A stretch of 64,000 nucleotides of DNA from Candidatus Acidiferrales bacterium. GTDB taxonomy: Bacteria > Acidobacteriota > Terriglobia > Acidiferrales > UBA7541. Position numbers and translations under genes: made by a program. The stretch covers positions 34,232-98,231 of the forward strand of contig DASYXV010000078.1 of NCBI GenBank assembly GCA_035934545.1, given 5' to 3'. This document shows, in pieces, positions 16,654 to 25,821 of this stretch. The stretch's first letter is position 1. Each line of letters starts with the position of its first letter. The notes under the pieces were generated by a model. It made no database searches, had not been told where the DNA came from, and saw nothing but the letters and a program-made list of their open reading frames with translations.

Positions 16654-18033
16654 TCATTCGCCGTCTTTGCGGATGGAGCGGAGGTCGATGCCGAGGTGCT
16701 GGCATTTCTTGTAGAGGTGGCTGCGTTCGAGGCCGAGAGCCTTCGCGGCGTTGGTCATGTGGTGATGATGGCGCTTGAGTTCGGCAACGATTGTCTCGCG
16801 CTCGAAGGCTTCAACGCGCTGGGCGAGCGTGCCGGAAGAAGCCGCTTCGGCGGAGCCGGATTCGGGCTGAGGCAGGGCGCGACGAATCACGAAAGCGTCC
16901 ACTTCATCCGCTGACGCGAGCAAGAGGACGCGCTCGACGACGTTGCGAAGTTCGCGGACATTCCCGGGCCAGGAATAACGCGAAAGTTCCTCGATGGCCG
17001 CCTGCGAGAATTTCTTCGGCTTCCAGCCGTTCTGCTCCGCGACTTGGCGGGCGAAATGTTCGGCGAGAACGCGAATGTCCTCCGGACGTTCGCGGAGAGG
17101 CGGGAGGAGAACCGGGAAAACGTAGATGCGGTGATAGAGGTCCTGGCGAAACGCGCCGCGCTTGACCTGTTCCTCGAGATTGCGGTGCGTGGCCACGAGG
17201 ACGCGAACGTCCACGGGAATCGGGCGGTCGCCGCCGACGCGCTCGATTTCGTTTTCCTCGAGGACGCGGAGAAGTTTGGCCTGCATGGGCAGCGGCATGT
17301 CGCCAATTTCGTCGAGAAACAGCGTGCCGCGATGCGCCTGCTCGAATTTGCCGACGTGGCGCGAGGCGGCGCCGGTGAACGAGCCTTTCTCGTGGCCGAA
17401 AAGTTCGGACTCCATCAGTTCGGCGGGGATGGCGGCGCAATTCAGCGTGACGAACGGCCCGGCATGGCGCGGGCTTTTTTCGTGGAGTGTGCGCGCGACG
17501 AGCTCCTTGCCCGTGCCCGTCTCGCCGCGAATACAGACGCGCGTTTCGCTGGCGGCAACGCGTTCGATTTCGGCGATGAGGGATTTCATCACAGGGCTGG
17601 CATATACCAGCTCGTAGCGCCCCGCGCGGCGGCGCAGATCGCGATTTTCCTGCTCAAGACGGGCGAGTTTGAGGGCATTCTCGACCGTGAGGAGCAATTT
17701 TTCAGTGGAGATGGGTTTTTCGAGGAAATCGGAAGCTCCGAGGCGCGTGGCGCGGACGGCCATCTCGATGGAGGCCTGGCCAGACATCATCACGACAGGC
17801 GAAGCGATGCCAAGAATCTTCATTTCTTCGAGGAGCGCGATGCCGTCTTTTCCTGGCATGACGACGTCGGAAAGGATAAGGTCGAAGTGGCCATCGCGGG
17901 CGAGCTCGAGGGCGCGGACGGCATTATGGCAAACGGCGGCTTCGTGGCCGGAAAGGCGGAAAGCGCGGGAGAGAGAAGCGAGAGTGTTCGCGTCGTCGTC
18001 GATGATGAGGATGTGAGCTTTGGTGGCGGGCAC
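16654..18033 (-). CDS. Sigma-54-dependent response regulator (NtrC family)
   Basis: Contains REC (ILIIDDD..DVVMPGKDG), Walker A GETGTGKE, a GSFTGA variant of GAFTGA, and HTH ..MTNAAKALGLERSHLYKKC. GTG start lies 3 nt after the kinase stop. Confidence 0.9.
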   Translation of the reverse strand: MPATKAHILIIDDDANTLASLSRAFRLSGHEAAVCHNAVRALELARDGHFDLILSDVVMPGKDGIALLEEMKILGIASPVVMMSGQASIEMAVRATRLGASDFLEKPISTEKLLLTVENALKLARLEQENRDLRRRAGRYELVYASPVMKSLIAEIERVAASETRVCIRGETGTGKELVARTLHEKSPRHAGPFVTLNCAAIPAELMESELFGHEKGSFTGAASRHVGKFEQAHRGTLFLDEIGDMPLPMQAKLLRVLEENEIERVGGDRPIPVDVRVLVATHRNLEEQVKRGAFRQDLYHRIYVFPVLLPPLRERPEDIRVLAEHFARQVAEQNGWKPKKFSQAAIEELSRYSWPGNVRELRNVVERVLLLASADEVDAFVIRRALPQPESGSAEAASSGTLAQRVEAFERETIVAELKRHHHHMTNAAKALGLERSHLYKKCQHLGIDLRSIRKDGE

Positions 18034-18036
18034 GCG

Positions 18037-19947
18037 CTAGGCTCCCCGCTTCGCGAACAGCGGTTTCGACTCGACAGGCGGCGGTGCTTTTGCCACGGCG
18101 ACGGCGGGGCGAGCGGGAAGATCGATGCGAAACGTCGCGCCGTGGCCGGGCTCGCTCGAGACGGAAATTCGGCCGCCGTGGTCGGCGACGACCGACTGCA
18201 CGATGGCGAGGCCGAGGCCGGTGCCGTGCTGCTTCGTGGTGTAGTAGGGCGTGAAAAGGCGCTCGCATTCCTCGCGCGTGAGGCCCGCGCCGGTGTCGGA
18301 GATTTCCAGGCGCACACCGTTTTCCTGACGCGAAGTGCGAATCGTGAGCGTGCCGCCGGCGGGCATGGCGTCGAGGGCGTTGAGAACGAGGTTCTCGATG
18401 GCGCGATGGAGGAGCGTGGCGTCGGCTTGAATGACAGGCAATTTTTCATCGAGATGCAGTTCCGGCGTAACCGCAGGCTGACCGACGACGGCGAAGCGCG
18501 GCTCGAACAGGCGCACAATGCCGCGGACGATTTCGTTGAGATTCACGGGATGCAATTCAGGATGCGGCATTTTGGCGAAGTCGCTGAAGCGGCCAACGAT
18601 GGTTTTCAGATTTTCGATTTCGGCCAGGAGCGTGGAGGTGGATTCGCGAAACGTCTCATCGAATTCATTCGCGCCCTGCTCGCGCGCGCGGCGGAGATTT
18701 TCGACCGTGATTTGCAGGGGGAAGAGCGGATTTTTGAGCTCGTGAGCGAGGCGGCGGGCAAGTTCGCGCCACGCGGCGACTCGTTCGGCCTGCACGAGGC
18801 GTTCACGCTGCTCGGCGAGCTGGCCGGTCATGTGGTTGAACGCGCGGGCGAGCGAGCCGATTTCATCATGCGAGCGGATATCGACGCGCGCGTTCCAGTC
18901 GCCTGAAGCGACGGCCGCGGCTCCGGCGGCGAGTTTGCCGATGGGACGCGTCATGCGCGCGGCGGCCCACAAGCTCAGAAGGATGCCGAGAAGAAGCGCG
19001 ATGCCGCCGACATAGAGCGCGAGGATGCGAATGCGGCCCTCGAGAAGCGTGAGATCGCGACGGGAGCTGCCGACGAGGAGTATCGCGAGCAAATCGTTGT
19101 CCGGGCCAGTTATGGGAATGGCGTGAAAGACTTCGGCGCTGGCGGGATCGGGAGTCCACTGGATCGTCGTGGTGACGTTGCCGGGCTGCTGAAGCTCGCG
19201 GCCGATGAGAGAAGCGAGACGATCGGCTTGCGGAACGGGGCCATTCACGTCGGTCAAATCGAGCGATGCGAAATTTGGATCGAGATTGCTGTAGAGAAGC
19301 GCGCGCGTGCCTTCGGGGAGAGCGAGAGAAGCGAGAAAGGAGTTGCCAAGGCGCTCGCCGCCGGCGATGTAGATATTCACGCTGCCGACCGGAACGACGG
19401 AGACGGCCATGAGGGCGAGCGCGGGGCCGTCGGGCGTGTCGATTTTCTTGAGGAACGCGCCGCGAGCGGACCAATCAATTTTTTGCAGCAGCCAGCTTTC
19501 CTTGTAGCCAAAGCGCGCCGGCCACTGCGCGGAAGAGATGATGGCGCCGCCGGTATCCACAAGCTCGAGGAAATCGAGCTGATGAGATTTGGCGAGGCCT
19601 TGCGCGTCGCTGACGTAAACGGATTCGTCGGCGCTGGGACGGCTGAGAGTAAGCGCCATGCGAATTGTGGCTTCGGCGTCGGCGATGCCCTGGACGCGGC
19701 GGGCTATTTCCTCGCCCTGGCTGGAAAATTCGCTCTTGAATTGCGCGACGATCGCGTCAGTGTGCGCGGCGTCGAGCTGTTCGAAAGCGCGGCGCGTGGA
19801 CATCGTGACTCCGACGGCGACGACGGCGACTGCTGCGACGACCACGAGCGGAAAGAGCACGAACATCTTGAAGCGGAAGCTCACTGGGGCGCTCCGTCGA
19901 GCCAGACGTCGGCGAGGCGCCATTCGCCGGAACGCAAAGGCATCCAA
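18037..19947 (-). CDS. Membrane sensor histidine kinase (large periplasmic domain-HAMP-HisKA-HATPase)
   Basis: Contains H-box RLAHELKNPLFPL, N-box LVLNALDAM, and G-boxes SDTGAGL and GTGLGLAIV. The start is uncertain: Met codons at 19947, 19923 or 19866. The last would remove the overlap with the upstream gene. Confidence 0.85.
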   Translation of the reverse strand: MDAFAFRRMAPRRRLARRSAPVSFRFKMFVLFPLVVVAAVAVVAVGVTMSTRRAFEQLDAAHTDAIVAQFKSEFSSQGEEIARRVQGIADAEATIRMALTLSRPSADESVYVSDAQGLAKSHQLDFLELVDTGGAIISSAQWPARFGYKESWLLQKIDWSARGAFLKKIDTPDGPALALMAVSVVPVGSVNIYIAGGERLGNSFLASLALPEGTRALLYSNLDPNFASLDLTDVNGPVPQADRLASLIGRELQQPGNVTTTIQWTPDPASAEVFHAIPITGPDNDLLAILLVGSSRRDLTLLEGRIRILALYVGGIALLLGILLSLWAAARMTRPIGKLAAGAAAVASGDWNARVDIRSHDEIGSLARAFNHMTGQLAEQRERLVQAERVAAWRELARRLAHELKNPLFPLQITVENLRRAREQGANEFDETFRESTSTLLAEIENLKTIVGRFSDFAKMPHPELHPVNLNEIVRGIVRLFEPRFAVVGQPAVTPELHLDEKLPVIQADATLLHRAIENLVLNALDAMPAGGTLTIRTSRQENGVRLEISDTGAGLTREECERLFTPYYTTKQHGTGLGLAIVQSVVADHGGRISVSSEPGHGATFRIDLPARPAVAVAKAPPPVESKPLFAKRGA

Positions 19948-21356
19948 TCGCGAACGCGCGCGGAGAGGCCGACGACTTGCGGCAAATGCACGAGGGGAAT
20001 GAATTCGTAAGTGTCGAGCAGGGCGCGTTCACGGGAATAGAGAGAATCGAGGTCGTCGGGATTGGCGAGGGGAGCGGTGAGGGAGGGATCGATGTCGGCA
20101 ATGGCGGCGAGGGATTGAATGGAATTTTCAAGAGCGATGCCGGGCGCGGGGGAAGAAAGAGGAAGACGGATGACACGAGCATCGAGCGCGGGCGCGGCGG
20201 AAGCGTCACCGGGAATGGCTTGCGCGGAAACGGCGATTCCAGCAGCCTGGGCATTCACGGCGATGCGTTGGGCGATCATGCGCTCGAGTGCGTCGGCGGA
20301 ATCATAGCCCAGCTTGAGCGCGGGCGCAGGGGAGATTTGCGCGGCGAGTTGCTGAGAAGCAGCGGGATCGAATGGTGCGGAAAAAAGAAATGCGTAGCCG
20401 GCGGACCATTGCGGCAAAAGCGCGGCGGCAGGCTCGCCTTCTTTCTGCAGGACAAAATTGACGAGCGAGGCGCGATCGATGGCGAGAGAAAGCGCCTGGC
20501 GGGCGCGAATATCTTTTGCGACAGCGCTCGTGCGCAGGAATACAACGGCGAGCAATTCCGAAGGGTCCGAAGCAGAGATGCGCGAGCCGCGAGCGGCGGC
20601 GAGGCGCGCGATTTCAGGCGAGACTTCGATGAGGTCGGATTTGCCGAGGTCGAGGTCCATCATGCGGTCGCGCGCCGCGCGTCCCATTTGAACGTCAATG
20701 GAATCGAGAAATGGCCGGCCGCCCCAGTAGTCGTCGTTCGCCGTGAGGACTGCATGCTGGCCGGGTTCCCACGTCGTGATGCGGAATGGGCCCGAGCCGA
20801 CGACAGCGCCGAAGGATTTGCGGAGGAGAATGGAATTGCGCGGCTCGGCAAGGATGTAGGGGAGATCGGGAACAGGAATTTTCGTGTCAACAAGAATAAC
20901 GTCAAATGTTATGTGGCCATCTGAGGGCACAAGCTTCTGAAAACTCCAAGTCGGATTTGCGAGTTGCAAAGAAGGGACAACACTCTCGTAATTTACGGGA
21001 GTGCCGTCCTGAAAAATCACGCCGGTGCGAAGAGTGATGAACCAATGGATGAAATCATTGTTCAGACTGTAATTCCATTTCACAGCGAGCGCAGGCTGGG
21101 GCTGGCCGTGCGAGCCGAGCGCCACTAAGCGATCCGCGAAGAGCGTGAGCAAATGGTCTTGTGAGAGTTGATCTTCGACGCTGGCTTGCGGTTGCGCGGG
21201 ATCGAGAGACGTGACGCGACCTGCGAGTTCGACAGTGAGCGTGCCGCCGTAGCGCGGGCGACGCGCCGCAAATGCCGCGAGCGCGGCGATTACGACTACG
21301 AGCAGCGCGAGCGAGAGCTTATTGCGCATACGTCGCGCGCAGAAGATAGGCTTCAT
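19881..21356 (-). CDS. Extracellular solute-binding protein, family 5-like (orphan, no ABC permease nearby)
   Basis: Signal peptide followed by RYGGTLTVEL..LDPAQ, the typical SBP_bac_5 N-terminus. Size is about 490 aa. The start is at 21356 or 21329, and both overlap the upstream gene end (21319). Confidence 0.7.
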   Translation of the reverse strand: MKPIFCARRMRNKLSLALLVVVIAALAAFAARRPRYGGTLTVELAGRVTSLDPAQPQASVEDQLSQDHLLTLFADRLVALGSHGQPQPALAVKWNYSLNNDFIHWFITLRTGVIFQDGTPVNYESVVPSLQLANPTWSFQKLVPSDGHITFDVILVDTKIPVPDLPYILAEPRNSILLRKSFGAVVGSGPFRITTWEPGQHAVLTANDDYWGGRPFLDSIDVQMGRAARDRMMDLDLGKSDLIEVSPEIARLAAARGSRISASDPSELLAVVFLRTSAVAKDIRARQALSLAIDRASLVNFVLQKEGEPAAALLPQWSAGYAFLFSAPFDPAASQQLAAQISPAPALKLGYDSADALERMIAQRIAVNAQAAGIAVSAQAIPGDASAAPALDARVIRLPLSSPAPGIALENSIQSLAAIADIDPSLTAPLANPDDLDSLYSRERALLDTYEFIPLVHLPQVVGLSARVRDWMPLRSGEWRLADVWLDGAPQ

Positions 21357-22641
21357 AGAGTCCTGTCTTGAGATTTCGAGAGACGGCAAGCGCTTCGTTT
21401 TCGCCGGCGGGCCAAAGCGCCGTGATGGGGCCGTCGAAATCAATTGGCGCGCTGACGGGGACGTCCTGATGCTCGACGATGTCGAAGGCTTGAATCGCGT
21501 CGGGCTGCGTCCAATCGCCGTCGCGCGTCACGAGAATGGGCCAGCGCTGGCGACTGCGTGACCAAAGCGCGGCGATGTCGCTTCCCCAGCCGGAAAAAGA
21601 AGCCACGGGAGTCGCGGAGCCTTCAAATAGAAGCGCGCGGCCGTCAGGGAGAGTCGCGAGGAGCGGGACGACGTCAGAGGGCGACGTGAACAAGCTGGGC
21701 TCAAAGACCGTAAGGGACTCGAATTGATATTCGGGGCGCGGCGCGAACGTGAAGAGGTTTGTTTGCGGAGACAATTGAGGCAGCACAGTCGAATACAGAT
21801 TGAAGCCAGCGGAGATCTTCCAGAGAGTGTCGGCGGGCTTGCAGGAGACCGAGAGGCTCGGCTGAACGACAATATCGCAGGTCATTTCCGGGAGCACGGC
21901 CTGCAGGCCATTCGGTCCCTGTTGCAATCTTCCGCGTAGATCACGGGGCTGCGGACGTCCGAGGTCGATCTCGCCGTCAGACTGTTTTGGCCAAGCGCCG
22001 TTCACCTGCGTGAACAACGTAATGCTCTCGGGCTGCAAAACCAGGAGATTCGCCGGCGTCCTCTGTGTTGACGCAGGCAAGATCTCCGCGTCAAGAATGG
22101 GATCTGGGGAACTGAGCAGGAAAGTCTTCTGCAAAGTGAGCTGGGGAGTTGCGAGCGGGGCAGTGGAGACGGTTGACGACACGACAGAGGAGAAAAATAT
22201 TCTGTGCGAGGCGGCTTGCGTGACGTCTGCAACCCAGAAGAGGCCCTGGAAACTCGATGAGAGAGTCAGATGCACAGTCGCGGCGGGCGACTGTGAATTA
22301 GGCGGCTGCATCGTCATACCTTCGCTCGCGAGTTCCGCGGAAAACGAAGCGCAGCCTTGCTGAAAATCGAAAGAGGATGCGGAGGAGAGATTGGCGGAAG
22401 CGGAATCGACGAGGAGCTTGCCTTTGAGGTCCGCGCCGAGGGAAGCCGCGACTTTGCGTGCGAGGTCCCGTGCGGCGGAAGGCAAAGGCCCCTCGCTTGT
22501 TGGCTGTGCTGGCGCTTGAGCGAAGGATGGAGGCGAAGGCTGGGCTTGTTGCTGCCGCGCGGCGACGATGGAGATTGAAAACGCGAGCAAGGGAAGGAGT
22601 GCGAAAATTCGGCGGGAGGGCCGCATCAAGTCGCGCCACAC
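21319..22641 (-). CDS. Hypothetical secreted protein (about 435 aa)
   Basis: Signal peptide RRIFALLPLLAFSISIVAA. It is the first gene of the four-gene minus-strand operon. No motif recognised. Start is GTG 22641 or ATG 22626. Confidence 0.5.
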   Translation of the reverse strand: MWRDLMRPSRRIFALLPLLAFSISIVAARQQQAQPSPPSFAQAPAQPTSEGPLPSAARDLARKVAASLGADLKGKLLVDSASANLSSASSFDFQQGCASFSAELASEGMTMQPPNSQSPAATVHLTLSSSFQGLFWVADVTQAASHRIFFSSVVSSTVSTAPLATPQLTLQKTFLLSSPDPILDAEILPASTQRTPANLLVLQPESITLFTQVNGAWPKQSDGEIDLGRPQPRDLRGRLQQGPNGLQAVLPEMTCDIVVQPSLSVSCKPADTLWKISAGFNLYSTVLPQLSPQTNLFTFAPRPEYQFESLTVFEPSLFTSPSDVVPLLATLPDGRALLFEGSATPVASFSGWGSDIAALWSRSRQRWPILVTRDGDWTQPDAIQAFDIVEHQDVPVSAPIDFDGPITALWPAGENEALAVSRNLKTGLYEAYLLRATYAQ

Positions 22642-22683
22642 CAGCGTGGCGAGCCATCATAACACAGTCCGATTGGGCGTCCG

Positions 22684-22727
22684 AAAAACCGCTGGCGGGG
22701 CGGCTTCGCTGCGGCGGGAGCGAAGCC
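22684..22727 (-). terminator. Candidate terminator after the SPFH gene
   Basis: 9-bp stem GGCTTCGCT (22702-22710) / AGCGAAGCC (22719-22727) with an 8-nt loop. The T-run on the minus strand (22684-22688) begins 14 nt after the stem, which is not ideal. Confidence 0.4.
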
Positions 22728-22799
22728 ACCCACGGGGGGTCTTGCCAGCAGTTACCCGACTGACCGGCCGCAAAGCCGGCCGGGAACTGTTCGGTGCCA

Positions 22800-24152
22800 T
22801 TACTGATTGCCTCCTTGCGGGTCACCTGCTTTCGCTGACGTGAGAGGCGCGTCGAGCACGCCATTGGTGAAGAAAAATTTGCCGTCCATGGGGACCATCA
22901 TGATGCGCACCTTATCCGAGAGGCGCTCGGCGACGATTTTCTGAATCAGCAGCGGATTGCCGCGCAGCGCCGCGGCCTCGAGCTGCAACTCCTGCGCTTC
23001 GGCGGCGCCTGTAACGCGGATGCGATCTGCTTCGGCCTTTGCGAGCAATTCCTGGCGCTGTTGCTCCGCTTGCGAGTCAATGACTTTCGCTTGCGCGTCG
23101 GCCTGCGCGTTTTCGAGCGTCGCTTCCTTGCGCGCTTTCGCTTCCAGGCGCGCCTGCTCGATTTGCTTCTGCTTCAGAGGCAAAGTGAATTGCATGGAGT
23201 CGGATTCCGCCTTGGCGGCGATGACGCGGCTCTGCGCATTGGCTTCGGCCTGTTTCACGAAGCGGACTTTGTTCGCTTCGGCCTGATATTCTGCGACCTT
23301 CACCTGCTTCTGCTGAATCTCCTGCTCGAAATTCATCCGCTCGCTCTCCTGCTCCTTGAGCAGCAGGCCTTCGAGGCCTTGCGCGTATTCCGGAGGAAGG
23401 ACGATGCGCTGGACGAGGACTTCCTTGACGGCGATGGCGTCCTGCGCGAGGCGCGCGGTGACCGCTTGCGCGACGCGCTGGCGAAACTCGATGCGCTTGG
23501 AGGAAAAAATGTCGCGGACGACGTAGTCTGGCGCGGCGTCGCGGAAGGCGCTCTCGACCACAGGGCCGACGATAAGCTGCGCGATGCCCTGCTCGCGCGA
23601 GAGACTTGCATCCGGGACGCTGGGACGAGGAAGATTCGCGTCAATGAAAGCGAGACGGCTGGGGTCGAGGCGATAGCGCACGGAAACGGCGAGGCCGAGA
23701 GGCAATCCTTCCTGAGCTTCGACTTCGAGGAATGGTTCACTTTTCCGCGAGGCTTCATCCCCAGCGGTGCAATAGACCTGATCGCGAATGTCGTAAGCGG
23801 CGATGCGCTGGATGAATGGCACGACAAAGTGCATGCCGGCATAGAGCGTCGTGGGGCGGACGCCGGAAATCTGACTGATGCGCAAGCCGGCGTAGCCATC
23901 AGGAATCACGACGATGCTCAGCGCGACGAGAATCGGCAACGCTCCTTGCGCAGCCAGTTTCGCAGCCTGGTGCCAATGAATCTCGCGGCGCGGGCGCGGA
24001 GGCTCTTCGGACTCCGGCGCTGCTTTTGGGAAAAGGCGGCGTAAGAGGCGGTCGAGCTCCAGGGCAACGAAGAAATCGTAGGCGAGTAATCCTGCTGCGA
24101 TGGCGATGGCGGCGAAACCTGTCGCGAACAAAATCCCCCTGATGAACAGCAT
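22800..24152 (-). CDS. SPFH/band-7 (flotillin/YqiK-like) membrane-scaffold protein
   Basis: N-terminal TM helix, an SPFH core (..GLRISQISGVRP..HFVVPFIQRI..) and a long Ala/Gln/Glu-rich coiled coil (AEYQAEANKV..AKAEADRIRV). Confidence 0.8.
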   Translation of the reverse strand: MLFIRGILFATGFAAIAIAAGLLAYDFFVALELDRLLRRLFPKAAPESEEPPRPRREIHWHQAAKLAAQGALPILVALSIVVIPDGYAGLRISQISGVRPTTLYAGMHFVVPFIQRIAAYDIRDQVYCTAGDEASRKSEPFLEVEAQEGLPLGLAVSVRYRLDPSRLAFIDANLPRPSVPDASLSREQGIAQLIVGPVVESAFRDAAPDYVVRDIFSSKRIEFRQRVAQAVTARLAQDAIAVKEVLVQRIVLPPEYAQGLEGLLLKEQESERMNFEQEIQQKQVKVAEYQAEANKVRFVKQAEANAQSRVIAAKAESDSMQFTLPLKQKQIEQARLEAKARKEATLENAQADAQAKVIDSQAEQQRQELLAKAEADRIRVTGAAEAQELQLEAAALRGNPLLIQKIVAERLSDKVRIMMVPMDGKFFFTNGVLDAPLTSAKAGDPQGGNQ

Positions 24153-24167
24153 GTGCGTATCTCCTTT

Positions 24168-24368
24168 TCAGTGCTTTTGCCCCAGCGCCAGCTTCTGGAA
24201 AATTCCGAATCGCGCGCTGCCTCGCGCCGGGGCTGCATCCGGCTCCACCTTCCGCGCGGGCATAAAGACCATGAGCGTGCGCAAGGAAAGCCATGCGAAG
24301 CAGTAGGCGATGCCGAACGTCGCGGCCAGCGCCACTGCCATGACCACTGCTGTGATGAGCTCGTTCAC
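24168..24368 (-). CDS. Small membrane protein (66 aa) upstream of the SPFH gene
   Basis: GTG 24368 is preceded by GGAGG with a 7-nt spacer. One TM helix (ITAVVMAVALAATFGIAYCFAW). It ends 15 nt before the SPFH start. Confidence 0.5.
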   Translation of the reverse strand: MNELITAVVMAVALAATFGIAYCFAWLSLRTLMVFMPARKVEPDAAPARGSARFGIFQKLALGQKH

Positions 24369-24426
24369 GTTCGTTCCTCCTCGTTTTGAGGGCTGGCAGG
24401 CTCTCTCCTGGTGACAAGGCTGCTTA

Positions 24427-24443
24427 TGGCATGGCGGCTGCCA
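24427..24443. promoter_or_regulatory. Dyad TGGCA-N7-TGCCA; reads as a sigma-54 -24/-12-like element on both strands
   Basis: Plus strand reads TGGCATggcggCTGC and minus strand reads TGGCAGccgccATGC. Both have GG-N10-GC spacing. It lies in the divergent region between 24368 (-) and 24578 (+). Confidence 0.3.
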
Positions 24444-24497
24444 CAAGAAATGCATTGAAAGCAAAGCAGATAACGGGGATGAGAGGGAGATTTTGCG

Positions 24498-24513
24498 TGT
24501 GTGCACGCACACA
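24498..24513. promoter_or_regulatory. Inverted repeat TGTGTG-CACG-CACACA upstream of the M50 protease gene
   Basis: Seen directly. It lies 65 nt upstream of ATG 24578. A perfect TATAAT is at 24549-24554. Confidence 0.3.
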
Positions 24514-24577
24514 ACGTGAAACTGGGAACGCGCCGGGCAAGTCTTAGCTATAATCAAAACGAAAGGGTACAGGGGGA

Positions 24578-25729
24578 ATGCAGCCGAGATCTGGACTCCG
24601 CGTAGGAAGCGTCCTAGGCATTCCGCTTTACCTGCATTCGAGCTGGTTCATCATTTTCGCGCTCATCACGTTTTCCCTCGCGGAACAATTCCAATCGCAG
24701 CATCCCGGCTGGACCCAGCTGCAATATTGGATCTTAGGGATTGCGGTCAGCGTGCTTTTCTTCGCTTCGGTGGTGTTCCACGAATTGGGTCATAGCGTGA
24801 TTGCGCTCAAGTACAAAATCCCCGTTGTTTCCATCACGCTCTTCATCATCGGCGGGCTGGCGCAGATCGGGCGGGAACCGGAAAGCGCCAAGCAGGAATT
24901 CAACATCGCCATCGCCGGACCGATCGCCAGCTTCGTTCTTGGATTCGGCTTCCTGGGTGCGATGGAAATCTTGCCTGCCGGAGGACTCTTTTCGGCAGCG
25001 GCGGCGTGGCTGAGCTGGATCAATTTTGCACTGGGCGCGTTCAACTTGATCCCCGGGTTTCCGATGGACGGCGGACGAATTTTGCGCGCCATCGTCTGGT
25101 GGGCGAAGCGCGACTATACCGTGGCGACGCGCATTGCTTCGCGGAGCGGGCAGGCGCTGGCTTACATGATGATCATCCTCGGCCTGTGGGCCGTGTTTGG
25201 GGGAGGCCAGGTCGCGCAGTTATTGGGCGGATGGGTTGGAGGGCTGTGGCTGGCGTTCATTGGATGGTTCCTGCTATCGGCGGCACAGGAAAGTTACCTG
25301 CACGTTGCGATTCGAAACACGCTGGCGGGATTGCGCGCAGGTGACATCATGTCGCCGGACGTCCCGACGGTAGCGCGCGACATTTCGATCGATGACTATG
25401 TGCACGAAGTGCTGCGGACGGGGCGGCGCTGCCACGTCGTGACGGGAAACGGCATGGCCGTGGGCCTCGTGACGCTGCATCGAGTGCAGATGTTCCCGCG
25501 CGACGAATGGACCAATACTTCGATTCAGGCCGCGATGGTGCCGCAGAACAGCATCCACTGGGTATCGCCGAGCGAGCCGGTGCTGGGCGTCCTCGAGCGG
25601 ATGCAGACCGAGGACATCAACCAGATGCCCGTCCTCGAAGAGGGCCGCATCATCGGTATGATCGCGCGCGACGCGATTCTGCGCGTGATTCAGACTCGCC
25701 TGCAGGCGGGGCGGCTCGCGGAACAGTGA
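24578..25729 (+). CDS. Site-2 protease family (M50) zinc metalloprotease with C-terminal CBS pair
   Basis: HELGH zinc motif inside a TM helix, multiple TM segments, the NLIPGFPMDGGR motif, and two CBS-like repeats (..IMSPDVPTV.., ..NQMPVLEEGRIIGMI..). Confidence 0.85.
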   Translation: MQPRSGLRVGSVLGIPLYLHSSWFIIFALITFSLAEQFQSQHPGWTQLQYWILGIAVSVLFFASVVFHELGHSVIALKYKIPVVSITLFIIGGLAQIGREPESAKQEFNIAIAGPIASFVLGFGFLGAMEILPAGGLFSAAAAWLSWINFALGAFNLIPGFPMDGGRILRAIVWWAKRDYTVATRIASRSGQALAYMMIILGLWAVFGGGQVAQLLGGWVGGLWLAFIGWFLLSAAQESYLHVAIRNTLAGLRAGDIMSPDVPTVARDISIDDYVHEVLRTGRRCHVVTGNGMAVGLVTLHRVQMFPRDEWTNTSIQAAMVPQNSIHWVSPSEPVLGVLERMQTEDINQMPVLEEGRIIGMIARDAILRVIQTRLQAGRLAEQ

Positions 25730-25821
25730 ATTGCGCTCCTCCGGAGCGAGGCACTGATGCCCGCTGCGCATAACCATCCCTTGACGCAGCCATCCGCCGT
25801 ATAATCCAGAGACAGACGCCG

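Noticed and set aside
17044-18906. 620-aa plus-strand ORF
   Set aside because: It is antisense to the NtrC-family regulator and histidine kinase, both of which carry complete catalytic motifs. The translation is low-complexity.
22794-22799. TGGCAC (-24-like) on the minus strand upstream of the 21319..22641 operon
   Set aside because: The -12 position reads AGTT rather than TTGC/GC, so the GG-N10-GC rule fails. It is not a credible sigma-54 promoter.
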